From NCBI GenBank assembly GCA_010093605.1, contig MU004196.1, positions 84,606 to 148,605 on the forward strand: 64,000 nt of DNA. Direction: 5' to 3'. The notes beneath the pieces are model-generated. The model was not told the origin of the DNA, did not search any database, and saw only the letters and a program-made list of their open reading frames with translations. Of this stretch, positions 50,769 to 64,000 are shown piece by piece. This DNA is from Lophium mytilinum. Lineage: Eukaryota. The position numbers and the translations under genes are program-made. Within the stretch, counting starts at the first letter, position 1. Every line of letters begins with the position of its first letter.

Positions 50769-52396
50769 CGTGTGTAGTGTATATAGAGGACTTGTTTGAA
50801 TGAAGCGACGATATGTTATGGCAGGGTATAGCCTGTAAATTAGAGCTCCAACGCAAAAGTGAGCTTCGTCAAGACAGAAGGCTAGCAAGACACGACAATC
50901 GAGGACGACGAATGGAAAAACAAATGCTTTGGAGCGAGACCGGACGTCTTATATGTGTGAGTGAGCCACGATGAGATTGGCGAATATTGTGACCCGCCCC
51001 CAGCGCAGTGCGGGCGGGGCCGCATCGCATGTGCTCATTGTGGTTACAGCGAGCAATTGGACACAACTGCAGACGAGGCTCGAGGATGCAAGACTGCTGG
51101 GTCATCTGGATCCCCCCTCCAGAGCAAAGTCGAGTCGCACCTTTGTGATAGATCGAGTATAGGGCCGCATGTCTGCCTAAAACGATTGGTGGTGGCACTC
51201 CCTTGCATGAAGCCCTTAACTCAGCCCATAGATATGAGAACCATTTACCTGTTGTACGAGTACGCTGAATAGGTCGGAGAGCGCTCCGGGATGTTGAAGA
51301 GGGATCCCTGGACGAGGACAGGCTCGGGAGGCGGAACCAGTGAAAAAGCAAGGCTTTGCTTGACTGCATTTTCACCGCCAGTACGTACTCCAGAGCACCA
51401 CCCCGCTCCGCCAACGGCAGTACAGTTTCGATGCATGGAGGCAGGGAGGCTGTTAGTACCCGTCGCTGAACGTGCAGCCAGCCTGAATACGAGCAGTGCC
51501 AGGCCTCAAGACGAAAATGCAAGACACGGGCTGCCGTCACGGGCACCGGCTCCAGGATGTGTGACGGTCGTGGAAGGCTATCTTGGAACTGCAGTCTCGT
51601 TGATCAAAGCGGGCGAGAGCGCCATAAAGCTGCAAGCAGCGACTGATGCGATGGAGCGGGCGGCGGGCGAGCACGCCTTGGAGTCTCGGAGGGCCATTGG
51701 GGATGTGGCGGTTTCCAGAACTGAGGTTGGTAAACGCGGGGCGGACGTGGATTCGACAACGGTCTTGTTACGCAGAATCAACAATGTGATACAGGGCTAG
51801 AAAACCTTACCCGATGCCGCGCGCATTGCTACTGGCAGAGAGCCCGCCCTGCTTGCAGCTCGCAGTTGTAGGACTGGATCAAGGCCAATCTGTGCCTCCG
51901 ATCCGTTGCCGCTACCCGTCCTGCAGCAGCACGCCATAGTCAGTCGTAGGGATCGAGCTTCATGGCACAAGCACGACTTTGAGAAGATGTGTTGTTGGTA
52001 CCAAAAGGAAATGCATTTTCGCTGCTGCATACACGAGAGACGGACCTATGTATAGACACGAAGTTGAAAGAGAGTAGCACTTCCATGAAAACCTTCCATA
52101 AGCAATCCACCGTATCTAGCACCCTCAAGAGCGGGCTAAGGCTTTTAATAGCATGAGCGGCCATGAGAGCCGCATATTAGGACTTCCAAACTTCTACCCC
52201 TGTCGCCCAAGGTACATACAGCTGATCCATTCTCGGCAACGTCCCACCCTCATAACACCAACAGAACTCGCTCGCTACGTGCCTTCGGGACCCGATCCAG
52301 CCTCGAAAGATGGATGCAGAACGCTGTCGAAGAAGAAACATAATTCTCGAATTAGTCTATGCAATTATTGTCGAAACGCCAGCGTCATTGAACCTC

Positions 52397-53748
52397 CTAG
52401 AGCAACCCAAAGAAAGCGGCAATCAGACCCGACACACCCATCACGGCCGAGGAGATCTCGACGCGACCGGCAGCGCCAGTCTTGCTGGCCTTGGCACCGC
52501 CGGCAGTGGAGGTAGGGGTGGTGCCAGCTCCTCCGGGGTTGGAGACCTTGCCCTCGCAGACGTAGTCACCCTTGATAACGGAGCTGTCCTTGAGGTCCGA
52601 GAAGTGGGCGCACTGCTTGGTGAGGTCACCGGTCGACTGAATGTTGAATGCACCCTGAACGTCCTTGAGGCCAGGTAGAGCGACACTGATACGGAGTTAG
52701 CAAAATTGTGCATAGTGCGAATTCATAAACTTACTCAGAGAAGTTGCCGTTGAAGTCAACAGCACCAACGACCTTCTGCAGAGCGGTGAATCCATCAACT
52801 TGGCCGAGATCAGTGTTGTTGGCAACGGTGAAGCCACCTCCGACGCTCTTCAGGAGAGGAAGAGAGATGTTGGCAAGCTTGGTGTTGGAAACGAACGACA
52901 GATCCTTGCCGACCGTGGTGAGGTTGGCGCCAATGAACGACTCAATGTCATTTCCGTAGAAACCCAAAGATCCGTTGATAGACTCAAGAGACGGGATGGA
53001 GATGGAAGAGCAGTTGCGGAAAGTCATGTTGTTGGCCCAGATCATGTTGGGGAAGGAGACATTGACGGCAGGGTTGTTGGCCTCCAGAGTGAGGGCGTTT
53101 CCGACCTGGGTCAGCTGCAGGGTGATATCGTTAAGGTATCGGTTGTTGGCAATGTAGAAAGTGTCGACAGTCTCCAGATCGATACCCTCGAGCGAGTTGA
53201 GCTCAGTGTTCTGGATGTTGATGGTCGAGGCCTTGGTGACGGTGGTCGTGAAGGTCAATTGCTGCAGGTTGGGCAGCGCATTCCATTCAATGTCGTCAAC
53301 AGCGGCGAGACGGGGGAAGTTCAGGCTGGTCAGGACTTGCACCTCATTCAGCGTGAACTTGCCGGTAATCTCCGTCAAGCTGTCGGCGCCAATGGATGTG
53401 ATGAGCGACACGTTGGTGACAGTGAAGTCGCCATCGATCTTCTGCACGGTGGGAATGTTGATCTGGTCCGTGGTGCCCGTAGCAATGACGACGTTACCGG
53501 TGAAGGTCTTGCAAGCTGCCAATGCAGTCGCATCGCCCTGGTTCTGGATGGTGGTCGCCGAAGCACTGCACGAGGCGGCTATAAACAGAACGCGTCAGCA
53601 TAGTGTTCCGAGGCTGCAATTGCTGCCAGCGGCGATGGAAAGGGCTCGCTGTCGATGAAGACGTGGTGTGATGATAAGGGTGTAACATACCGACAGCTGT
53701 CCCTGCGGCCGCGAGGGCGGGCAGGACAAATCGTGTGAGGAGAGACAT
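52397..53748 (-). CDS. ECM33: GPI-anchored cell-wall protein Ecm33/Sps2 family
   Basis: Signal peptide, receptor-L-like repeats (LTSLNFPRL, WNALPNLQQL, NISLPLLKSVGGGF..ANNT), Ser/Thr/Gly stalk and hydrophobic GPI tail VMGVSGLIAAFFGLL; two introns. Confidence 0.92.
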
Positions 53749-53791
53749 TGTGAGGAGGCCTTGCTGGTGGTTGTGAACTGCAGCGTGAGGT

Positions 53792-53850
53792 CAGCGAGGC
53801 TGGAGAACAAAAGTGCAGCGAGGCTGGAGAACAAAAGTGCAGCGAGGCTG
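53792..53850. repeat. 24-bp tandem repeat (CAGCGAGGCTGGAGAACAAAAGTG, ~2.5 copies) just upstream of ECM33
   Basis: Exact copies seen directly. Confidence 0.85.
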
Positions 53851-56800
53851 AAGAGCTGAGGTAGCTCAACGGTGCCAAGGGTGAATACGAACCTGGGAGA
53901 CTGGATTAAAATGCTAAGTACCGGCACTGGTGCGATATGGTGGGAATGGAATTCGGACACGAAGATACTGAGCGAGTGTAAGAGAAGAGAAGAGGAAGAA
54001 GTAGCCTCAACGAATGCCGGCTGGGGGGGAACTGGCGACGGTGGACGAGGAAAGAAGAGTGTGAGGTGGAGGGTTTTTGCTGCAGCGGAGGAGCGAGGGT
54101 GAGGACAAAAAGGAGGCAGGAAGCACGGGCTCAGAACGCACGCTAGCGACGGCCAGGGCTAAACGCGGCCGGCTCTCCTTCCAAAGCGTGTGGCGAGTGC
54201 AGATAGCGATAGACGGACTGCCGTGCTATTGGCAGATCGCGCCCGAGCTGGGGAGTTGGGACTGGGGATTTTTGGCTGGGGGGCATTCACTGGACGGCTG
54301 GACGGTGAGGGAAGTTCAATCGAAGCTGGAAAGACGCAGTGTGGCAGGAAGAAAGCTGGGGATAGGCAGAATGCACGCTGGAACGCTGGCCCGCGACGAC
54401 GGCATCAATTGATGGCTGGGCGTGTTTCCGCAGGTGTTTCTGTGGCGTCAAGGGCATTGTTTTGGCTGGCGCATCACCCGACTCAACGCGCTCGCTGGCC
54501 ACACGTCCTCTGCTTCTGACAGGCGTGAGACCGAGCACGTCGCCGGCTCCAGCACACGCATAACTCACCCCCAACGAATGGCTGGAATGGCTGGGACGGC
54601 ATTGCTGTTGTCGTCATGACCCTCTGCGCAACGCTGGCACTCTGGACGTCGTTCAGGCGGCTCCTCTGAGGAACCGGACGGAGACGAGATCCATGGGCCG
54701 AGATCCAAATCCACAGCAGTTCCTCCTTCAGATGAGCCGACGCGCACGCCACGTCCAAATCCACCACCAGATGCACCAGTTCCCCACCGCGACCAACGGC
54801 CCAGGGCCCCGGCACGCGCAATCTGCTCGGATGGCGTTTGTGGCCGTCGTTTCCAGCACACCCTCGCTCGTCAGGCTTGCCAGGCCGCAGACGCCCAATT
54901 TCCGCGCTCAGATCTGCTGCTGCGCCAGCCTTGCCGTGCCAATTTGGCTTATCGGCGCCGCCACCGTCATCTCTCGCGCGTCGCACACGGTCGCCGCCGT
55001 GTCCGATGTGTTGCAGTTTGCTGGCGGCCGGAGCACGAGGCCCTCTCGTCGCTCGGTTGGTGTCCAGCTCGTCTCCAGCTGTCCCAGCACTCGGCAACCC
55101 GTCACGGCTAGCAGGCGTCGCAAGCTGCTGCAGCGGGCGATATCAAGCGGCCTTGATATCGACTGTTCCCTCCCAATCAGCCACGGCCGTTGCCGCTGGT
55201 GCAGCGACGGCGGATCGACGGCGATGCAGCCAAGACAATCTTGCAACCCGTTGCGGCAAGCCTCGAGCCGGGGTGTAAAAGCTGTTCCCTGGACGGCAGA
55301 CCCTGATGGCATTGTTTGGGCCAGACTCCTTTCACGCCCGCTTCACATGGCAATTTTGATTGCTGGGAGCAACTCCGGCCGCCCGTTTGTCTGGCCTCTT
55401 CTCCCACTCCAGCAACTGAACACCGCCATGGCTGTCCAGGAACATCCTCACTGTTCGCCCTCCTGCTCATGAAACAGCAGAAAGCCGCGGGCTTCAGGGG
55501 TCGTTGCCCCACTAATCAACCTCAGGACTAACGACGGCCACCAAAATAACACCAAATTGGCAATCACTGTTTCCCAGTTTTCATCTCCAAGAATCCTGCT
55601 CCGCTGCATCACATCTCCACCGTCTTCCGCAAACGCTTGTTTGCCGCTGTCATGATGGCAAGCGTTGCGCTGGCGAAAGAAGCTTCACTAGGGCCGCTCT
55701 CCTGACCTAGATCTACATAACCTTCACAGATCCATGTATACCGTATGTACTGAGATTGTTGAGACGGGGCTCTTGGCACCGCTATCTTAAGCATACCTGT
55801 TCCAGCGTATCAGCTCGCCGCGATCGAGCTGAAATGTGGGCCTGTCGGCGCCTGACAGCCCGATCTTGGACCAGCAGTAACTCGGATAGGTTTAGGCACG
55901 CCAAGAGCCCCGTCTCAACAATCTCAGTACATACGGTAGGTACCCGTCACCTCCAGCAGGCCAGAGCTTTCCAACGTCGAAGCTGCTGGCAAGGGGCACA
56001 AAGCGGCAAATTTCGGATATTTACAGTACTGTACCTCGAAAATCGCCCTCGATGCAACGACACCTCCATAACCACGGCACTCCCTGCCAGTATCGCTCTT
56101 ATACCAGTACCCAGTGGCGTTCGATTCGTAGAGAACGTCACCGCATGGACAAATATACTTGCTAATGCATCTCCAAGGCCCCCACGGTAGAGATTCTGTC
56201 AGGTTCATGCAAAACACCCAGCAGGTACTACAGCAGGCCGTTGTGCATTGTGGAACACCGGCAGCAAGAGGAGAAGATTCCGCGGCGCCCTGCAGCACTA
56301 ACCTCCACCATTTCCGGGTTTCTTGTCTCCCCTCTGACAGCCGCCTACCAAGGTCCGCGTCTTGATCCGCCTTGTCCCGGGTGAGACAGATTCTCCCCAC
56401 ACTCGAATTGAGATCTCTCATCGCTATATCGGTCGACCTGCCGCCAGACGACAGCCTGGAGATTCGCCACATCCCTCTTCTTTTTCGTGCCTGCGCCTGG
56501 CATTGGCTCTCCTGCACTTCGCGTGTCACTCGAACCACTGTATGGAATGCGAACCCAGACCGGCATCAATACATCCGTCTGCAAGGGATGCCCGCCCAAC
56601 CTACTGGCATGCGTTTCTCGCTCGTCTGCTGAAACGCATCAGAGAAACCTTCCGGCGTGCATTTGGCGTCGGAGGCGTGCACGACCATCACGACATAACT
56701 GCATATAATTCTCCAACGATGCTGTGCCATGCAGACCGCGACTAATGCAGCTCGACACGAGTTGACAGGCACTGACAGCTGCGGCCCACCCATCCGCCCA

Positions 56801-57698
56801 TGACGGTGCTCAGGAGCACGAACCAGACCTCAAATGCAACATGCCTACGCCCCGTGCGAAGGAGGCGTTCTCTGCCCTGCTGTTTCTGCCGTCGAGGGAA
56901 GAGGTCTACGCCTTTCATGATCTGAGGGCTGCTCCCAATGTGGGCTCGTAGTCGTTGGGCTGCGCTGAGGGCAATTACGCCGATGACGGGAGCATTCTAT
57001 ACTCTCAATGGCAGCGATCTTCATCACGATTGTCCAGGCAGCCTCGTCTTCATGGCGTCAATCAAAGCACTAAATTCGGTTCAATATGTGTAACTACCTA
57101 CGAGACCAGCCATTACACATGCTCTGTGAAAGAAAGGGTGCAAGGGATGCACCAGAATGTCCAAGTCTGAGCATGATTGCGAAGCAACAACGATATCTAT
57201 CTATCTGTCATGACAGATTAGATTACTTTTTCCGCAATTTAAGGACGAGTTTCTGGTACTCTCTGTACGGCTGACCATCTAGTATCGCTGATCAGCCTTC
57301 GTAGAGCTGTACCCTTTCCTCGGAATAGAGCCCATCGCATACCCCTAGATACACCGGCCTCGCATAATTGAGGGGCACGCTTCTTTACTATTATATAGAG
57401 CGCTTATACACAGTTCCGATATCCGGAAAAGCTTGGAATATTTAGCCCTTTACAAGTCGATGAACGCGACCAGGAAAGCGGTCTTGGGAGCAGTGTGTTC
57501 GGGGTTCAACTTCACACCCAGACGAGATGTTATTCACACACTCTTGGACATAACATGGAGCACCACAAGCAGTGGCGGAAGAGTATCGTATTAGAAACTT
57601 TGATAGTACCTAAAAAGACTCATGACTACATACAACATCTGTCACATGCCTAACTTTTATACCCGCTGCCATACATGACCAAGTGACTGATCATTCTC

Positions 57699-59215
57699 TC
57701 AAACACCTTGCATCACACTAACATCGACATCCTCAATCCTCCACATATACCACATAAACAAACTCCTGCGACTCATTAGCTCCATCCCCCCTACACCCAG
57801 CAAATGAATACAACGGAATCACGCACCTATACGGCGAAAACTTCGCCGCCGTATCCAGCATATCCTGCTCACTCATATACTTCCACTTCCCACCCTTCCC
57901 CTTCAGCTTCGCCACATCTTTACCGACATAGGTCGCCATGCCGCGCCTGCAACCCACAAAGTCAGCACTCCACTACCCCCAAACCACCAACAATAAGATG
58001 AATAACATGGAACGGTAAACTCACTGCACCCCCAAATCCCCGGTACTGAACACATCGCACCGCTTCAGCCCAAAGCACGCAAACATCTCCACGCTCCACC
58101 GCCCCAGCCCGCGCACCGCGATCAGCATCTCCATCACCTCGGCGTCGGTCGCGGCAACGAGCTTCTGCGCGGAGAGCTCGCCGGATGCGAATTTCTGCGC
58201 CAGGCCTTGGATGTACTCGGCTTTGCGCTGCGAGAGGCCGGCTGTGCGGAGGGTTTCGAGGGGGGTAGCGGCGACGACGGCGGGGGCGGGGAAGGCGGAG
58301 GAGGAGTCGGAAGACGAGGAGGGGGCGGAGGCGGGCGGGGAGAAGAGGGCGATGAATTTGCGCTTTATGGAGGCGGCGGCGGCGCCGGAGACCTGGTACC
58401 GGCTGTCAGACTTTAGAGATATATAGAGGCATCGCACGCGCATATACCTGCTGTCCTATGATCCCGCTCGCGAGCGCTTGGAACGGCTCGACTACCTCCA
58501 TTAGTCCGGTGGGGGAGAAGGGCGTGCAGTGGTGTTGCTCGATCACGGGGGCGAGCTTGGGGTCGACGCGGAGGAGGTGCGCGCAGGCGTCTTGCAGAAG
58601 GGTCTCGGTGGTGGTGGTTGGTGGGGGCACGCCGAGGGGTGGGCCGGTTGCTATGACTGCTTTTTTGGCTCGTTTGGGTTTCTTGGGGGCGGGTTCCGCT
58701 TCTGCGGTTTCTTCTGGCACTTCTTTTGGCACTGGGTCGAAAGTAGGGGGCTTCACGGGCGAGGATGTGTACGCCGAGACCCGCGATCCGCCTGGGGTTG
58801 ACAGCATTGCGTTTGTGGCATGTGGCTCTGCTGGGCGTGCCTTTTGCTTTGCTTGGATGTTGCTAGGGAGTGGGATTGGGGAGGAGGAAACCATGAGACG
58901 GACGCCAGATGGTGTGGGCGTGAGAGGGGGCGCTTTGAGCGCATCTTTTGCTGGCTGCGTCCTACGGCGCTTGGTCGTGGGGGTTGTTGGGACTGTGAAA
59001 TCGGGCTCAGGTTCTGTAGGGAGCGTATTTGAGGTTTGAGTTGGTAAAGTTGGGGATGTTGCGGGTTTGCGCTTCTTGGACGCCGCGGGGGCTTTGGTGG
59101 ACGCAGTTTTGGACTTCTTTCCAGTAGTAGTCTGTAAAGTCCCATTTTGAACGGCTTTCTCTGGCGTATCAACTGTAGTGCCTGTGGAAATGCGCGTGGA
59201 GCGGCGGAGAGACAT
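57699..59215 (-). CDS. MAG1: DNA-3-methyladenine glycosylase (HhH-GPD family)
   Basis: PFQALASGIIGQQ|VSGAAAASI, LRTAGLSQRKAEYI, VRGLGRWSVEMF, DVFSTGDLGVQ|RG, FSPY|RSLFMWYMWR. Confidence 0.93.
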
Positions 59216-60083
59216 GGTGGGGAAGGCTGGGTGACGTAGATTGGTTAGAGTTGATATCTGCGAGTTTTGTCAGATATTTAGCCTGGAATGAGAGTAGGAT
59301 GACTGGAATACTTTCGAGAATCTCGATAGTAAAGTATGGCTTAAGGCCAACGCTCGCAGCGACATACAACGGTGGAAATTTAAAGCCTGCTGGACGCGTC
59401 GAGGGATGAGGTTGAGCTGCGCGCTGACATTCGCGCTGCCACATGACCGGAGTTTCCGAGGCCAAGATGATGGCTGCTTATGTGACCAATTAGTGTCGTT
59501 CTTTTCGTAATCACCTCGAAAATTACGACGGCAAGACATATAGCTGGAACTGGTTGCAACTTAGGGGAATTGTTCCAAGCACTCGATTTGGTATTCTGGA
59601 TGTTTAGGTGCTTCACGTTGGCTCCCGAGGCCACTAGGCGTCATCGATCTCATGATGCTTCAAAGAACAGCAGAAATTAAATCGAGAAGAACATGCAACA
59701 TTCACAGTTCAGGACGCCCTGTACGGAACACTGAGCTTTGCTAGTATTTTATCACCCGGAAACGGCATTGAGATCGAAGACTCGAGGAGACCTGACCGTC
59801 ATTGATTCCTCTCCTGAATCCGTTCAGTGCATACTTCGACGATTGAAATATCATATCTTGTGGCGTTGTTCCGCACAGCGATTGTGAGCAAATGACCACA
59901 CATAGTTTACAATTCGAAGTTCTGGAGGTTCCTGCGTAAAGCGAAGAAAATTGGCCAACTCGACGTTTTGATGCAGCTGATATACACTCTAATGCACATA
60001 AACAGTTGAAATGGAAACCCTCGAATCCCAACATAAACACATTTCTGAGTATCAAGGAGACGATTGCCCTTGCCTCCAGTGCT

Positions 60084-60699
60084 CTAGTGGTACATCTTGG
60101 GGCCGTGCTTCTTTTGCGTCGTCGGCTTTGTTATCACCATCGCCTCCAAGTCTTCACGCTCCTTGAGCTCGGCCTCGATCTCTTCGATGAGAGGGGTCAG
60201 GTATGGTACATCCTGAGCCTGTCAGTCTTGCCGCATGAGCGTTAGCGTTGAATTTGTCCTACCTCTTCCGGCTTTGTGTGCTCTTCCTTGGGGAGAAGCT
60301 GGTGGGATAGCGAGAGCTAGGGCATCTTAGCAAGTGTTCCTTCGCCCAATTGAACCGGTGATCAAACCTGGAATGCACGTCGCATGCGGAAAACACGGTC
60401 GTAGGCTTCCTTGGGGGGGAGTCGCTTGATGGCGAGCATGACGGTGTCGTTCTCCTCCGGGATCAGGTCATCGGCCCTGTGGATCACACCAAGTCAGATG
60501 CGCTCTCTATATGAAGAACAATTGTTTCCTAGGACTCCAAGTAGCCGTGGCAGAGCAATTGGGTTCGAGGAGGGCGGTCGTACCTCAAGCCGAGCTTCCT
60601 GTAGCCCGACGCATTGGCATACCAGTTTGCCAACGGCTTCATCCACCGGGTCAGCCACTGCCGCTTGAGGACGAATGGCGCGAGGGAGGGCTGCGACAT
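60084..60699 (-). CDS. QCR7: Cytochrome bc1 complex subunit 7
   Basis: WMKPLANWYANASGYRKLGL|RADDLIPEE...KRLPPKEAYDRVFRMRRAFQ|LSLSHQLLPKEE|DVPYLTP; three introns. Confidence 0.95.
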
Positions 60700-61231
60700 G
60701 ATTGCAATGGGCTGTCGGGGCGACAGTAGAGGATCGGGCGGATGTCGAGGGGTGGGTGCAGAGGCAGACAGTAGTAGTGAAGTCGAAAGCGAAACGAGCT
60801 GGCGGCGCTTGGCATCTCGTCGAGCTTGGTTTGGTGACAGGCCCTGTGCCCCCACTCCACTCCATTCCGCCTTTGCGCAACTTCTGCTGCCTTTGCTCGA
60901 GTCGTCCGCGTGCCCAGAGTTCACCTCTTCGCCCGAGCTCGTCCACCATTCACTCAGCACCGCGAGTTCCCCTCCGCTTCCTCAAAAGCCTCCCAAAATC
61001 GCTGCTTTGTTCTCTCCCCCCACCACGGCTTCACCTCTGCGTCCACCCGTCAATGGAGCTGTTCAACCGTTAGCCATTGTGCCCAGTGTTACTCAAGTGC
61101 TGCGGGGCTCCGCACACTGAGGCACTTTGAAGGGGACGACGGGAAGTGCGACACCCCCTTCCAGAGCTCCAATCTGCCCTCCATGGGCTCTTTGACTTAG
61201 GCTTACCCAAGGCGTGTGGCTAGCTCTCACC

Positions 61232-62497
61232 ATGTCCGCAAAAGATAGGCCTTCGCCGCCGTCCCCGAGACACTCACAACAACGGTATGCGCCGACGACG
61301 GCCATGGTGTCCTCAACCGGCACTTCCAATGATTTCTCAGGCATCCGCTCATCCTCTTCTAGTCTCGCAGTCTTCTGCGCCGGACTATCCAGCTCCTCCA
61401 TCAATGGCTTCTGCGGCGCTTCTGCCGGCGTGGCTTCCGGTATAGTCACTTGTCCACTGGACGTAATCAAAACCCGCCTTCAAGCTCAAGGATCCTTCCG
61501 GCCTCGAAGCAATGTGCGACAGACGCGAGCAATCTACAATGGGCTGCTCGGGACCGCGCGAGTCATCTGGAAGGAGGATGGAGTGCGCGGCATGTACAGA
61601 GGCCTTGGGCCAATGCTGCTAGGCTACCTTCCCACTTGGGCTGTATATATGAGTGTGTACGATGCCTCGAAGGACTACCTATACGAACGTATTGGTCAGT
61701 GTTGGTAAAATCTCCTCTCAGAAAGTATGCTGACAAAGCTTCCAGAGAACAAATGGGTAGCGCGGATAACCGCTTCCATCACTGCCGGAGCTTGTTCAAC
61801 GCTGGCGACAAATCCCATATGGGTGATAAAGACGCGCCTGATGTCACAAGTCAGTTCGCGAGCATCAGAAGAGCACCGACCACCATGGCAATACAAGGGG
61901 ACTATGGATGCATTTCGAAAGATGTACAAGAGTGAAGGCCTTGCAGCGTTCTATTCAGGCCTCTCTCCTGCGCTGCTCGGTCTGACTCATGTTGCAATCC
62001 AGTTCCCACTGTACGAGTTCTTCAAAATGAAGTTTACTGGTCTAGAAATGGGACAAGCATCAAAGGAGGAAGACATCCACTGGATTGGGATTTTAGGAGC
62101 AACGTTCCTCAGTAAGATATGCGCTACCTCAGCGACATATCCCCACGAAGTCCTCCGGACGAGGCTGCAAACGCAGCAGCGCTCTTTGCCGACAGCATCT
62201 CCCGAGGAAATAGCCTTCCGTGGTGGTCATGCGCATGGATATCAAACTCGACCACCAGGAACGGCATCATCCGATGGTATGGTCAACGCTCTGCGGTACC
62301 GTGGCGTCATTCGAACATGTAGGACGATCTTGGCCGAGGAAGGTTGGAGAGCTTTCTATAACGGCATGGGGACCAACATGGTTCGCGCGGTGCCGGCGGC
62401 CATGACGACGATGCTGACTTACGAAAGCCTTAAACAAGCAACGTTTGAGCTGAAACGCGAAGGCCAGGAGATACTAGACTTGGATCGTGCAAGATGA
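61232..62497 (+). CDS. Mitochondrial carrier, NAD+ transporter (Ndt1/Yia6-like)
   Basis: Three carrier motifs PLDVIKTRLQ, PIWVIKTRLM, PHEVLRTRLQ, plus GYLPTWAVY and HVAIQFPLYE; one intron. The start codon is uncertain. Confidence 0.9.
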
Positions 62498-63697
62498 GAT
62501 GACAGACCATTCTTATCCCCAAAAAGCAGACTACCGAGACCTGGCCTGTGTGGGCAGAAGTTCACACTAACTTCTTACTGTTTCCAATGCGGTATATCAC
62601 TCCCGTTGAGCATCATTTTCTATTCCCTTCGTCTATGTACATAGTTGACAGCATTTACCTTGGTTCTGGGTGGCTGGTCAGGAACGGATCGGTGGACGGG
62701 CTTTCTAGGCGTTTGCGGCGTACTTGCTGCTATTGGAAACTTTGAAGCATGCCTAAGTGTTTGCTTCCCGAGGGCGACGCGATTGCTAGTGCACTATTGA
62801 GCAGTCTAGCGTGTCTGGTTTGGCGGATGTGAGCGTTGTCGTTGCATCGATGCGGTGGGTGCTTCGTTGAAAATACTATATCGATCAAGTCTTGCGTTAA
62901 CGCTGAGCGTCTGCTAGTCTTCGGCGATCTCGTTCCATTGATAAATATTTTCTAGCGGGAGCTCTCGTATATATACAGGTAGACCAACAGTTCAGTAAGC
63001 CTTCCTTACATTCATAGTTCTCACAGTTCTCAAAGTGCCCCACACAATCCAATGGGAGTACATAAATGGTTGATTCTATCATCTCTATGCCCGGCTACCT
63101 GCACTCGCATACCCTACTCAATATTTCCTCGATATCACTCACTCATTTCCTGTTTCGTGATCATATATGACAGTTGGCTAAGATTTGATACAGCTATGAT
63201 CCCTTCACTACTCATGCATTCACCCTCGACGCCAATGATCAATCAACGATGTAAAAGCGAACGAGTCAATGAACGCCTCGAGATGTCATACCCTAGCCAT
63301 ATCAAAGCCCCATGGGTAGTGTCGGTCTCTGCTGCTATGATTCACCTTCACGAACGTGGCAAAAGCCGACTCCATCAACTCACGCGCTCTCTTTTTAGTA
63401 CGGCCTCGTATCCCTACCACGAGAACTAACCTCACACCGCGAAACTCGCCAACACCTCCATGTGCCAGCGTGAGCTTGGAGACCCTTCCGCACATGACGG
63501 TACACGACTGTATGCGTGTGTACAGCCAGCAGATATAGAATACAGTCATCTTATCGAAGTCGCTATTCATATAACGTATATTCCAATAAAAAAAACAGGT
63601 AGTTCCTAGCTCAGATGTTCCAGCGATTGTAGTACTAACGGTAGATTCAGATAGAGTAGCCCTTCTCCAGGTACATTACTGTACATCGGGAGCCGGC

Positions 63698-64000
63698 ATG
63701 GAAGGTTAGTCCTCCTGACAAGGCTTATATTGCCAACGACGACACTAACCAAGCACTGTCCCCAATATAGGCCAGTTCTCGAGTACCAGTATTCTTCACA
63801 GAATCCAGGAGCGTGTCAACGCGTCGACTAGGCGCATCACCGATCTAGATGACTCCTCAAACATAAATATTCTTAGCACGCTCCAACATGAGCTAAACGA
63901 CGTGATTGCCCAGTTCTCACACTTGTCGGCATCGACTCGAAGCAGCTCATCTCTTGCTTCAACTAGCGAGGGGGCGCTAACGTCATCAAGTCAAGGCAAT
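63698..64000 (+). CDS. 5' part of a hypothetical protein, runs off the window
   Basis: ATGGAAG|GTTAGT..CTAAC..TAG (intron 63705-63770), then an open frame GQFSSTSILHRIQERVNASTRRITDL... to the window end. Confidence 0.55.

Noticed and set aside
54077..57274. Many 60-260-aa ORFs upstream of ECM33
   Set aside because: Mutually overlapping, mostly non-ATG starts, and no domain signatures.

Overview
Eukaryotic DNA from a filamentous ascomycete (Pezizomycotina; short GT-AG introns with CTRAY branch sites, a RIP-mutated transposon). Most of the window is gene-dense housekeeping sequence: 3' end of a sphingolipid delta-4 desaturase, CIA1, SOK1/Tcp11-like, PCT1, SUR7/PalI-like, ADE13, CCZ1, FMT1, a SAP-domain protein, intron-containing tRNA-Pro(CGG), SWIM/RING protein, two tandem BTB-like genes, complex I PSST subunit, TRAPPC2L-like, AFG1-like ATPase, RPS14, a putative bHLH-like protein, ECM33, MAG1, QCR7 and a mitochondrial NAD+ carrier. 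The exception is 0.9-13.4 kb, an accessory-looking block. It holds a divergent 895-aa kinase, a convergent 493-aa CorA-like (GMN) membrane protein, a hidden three-exon microprotein gene and a divergently transcribed atypical amino-acid permease. The first intron of the microprotein gene is interrupted by a 3.7-kb RIP-degraded hAT transposon (8-bp TSD AGAGTAAA). This four-gene block is the best candidate for an undescribed system. Also notable are repeated C-rich-then-G-rich skew blocks that ignore gene orientation. Exon structures were worked out by hand and product names come from motif recognition, not database searches.
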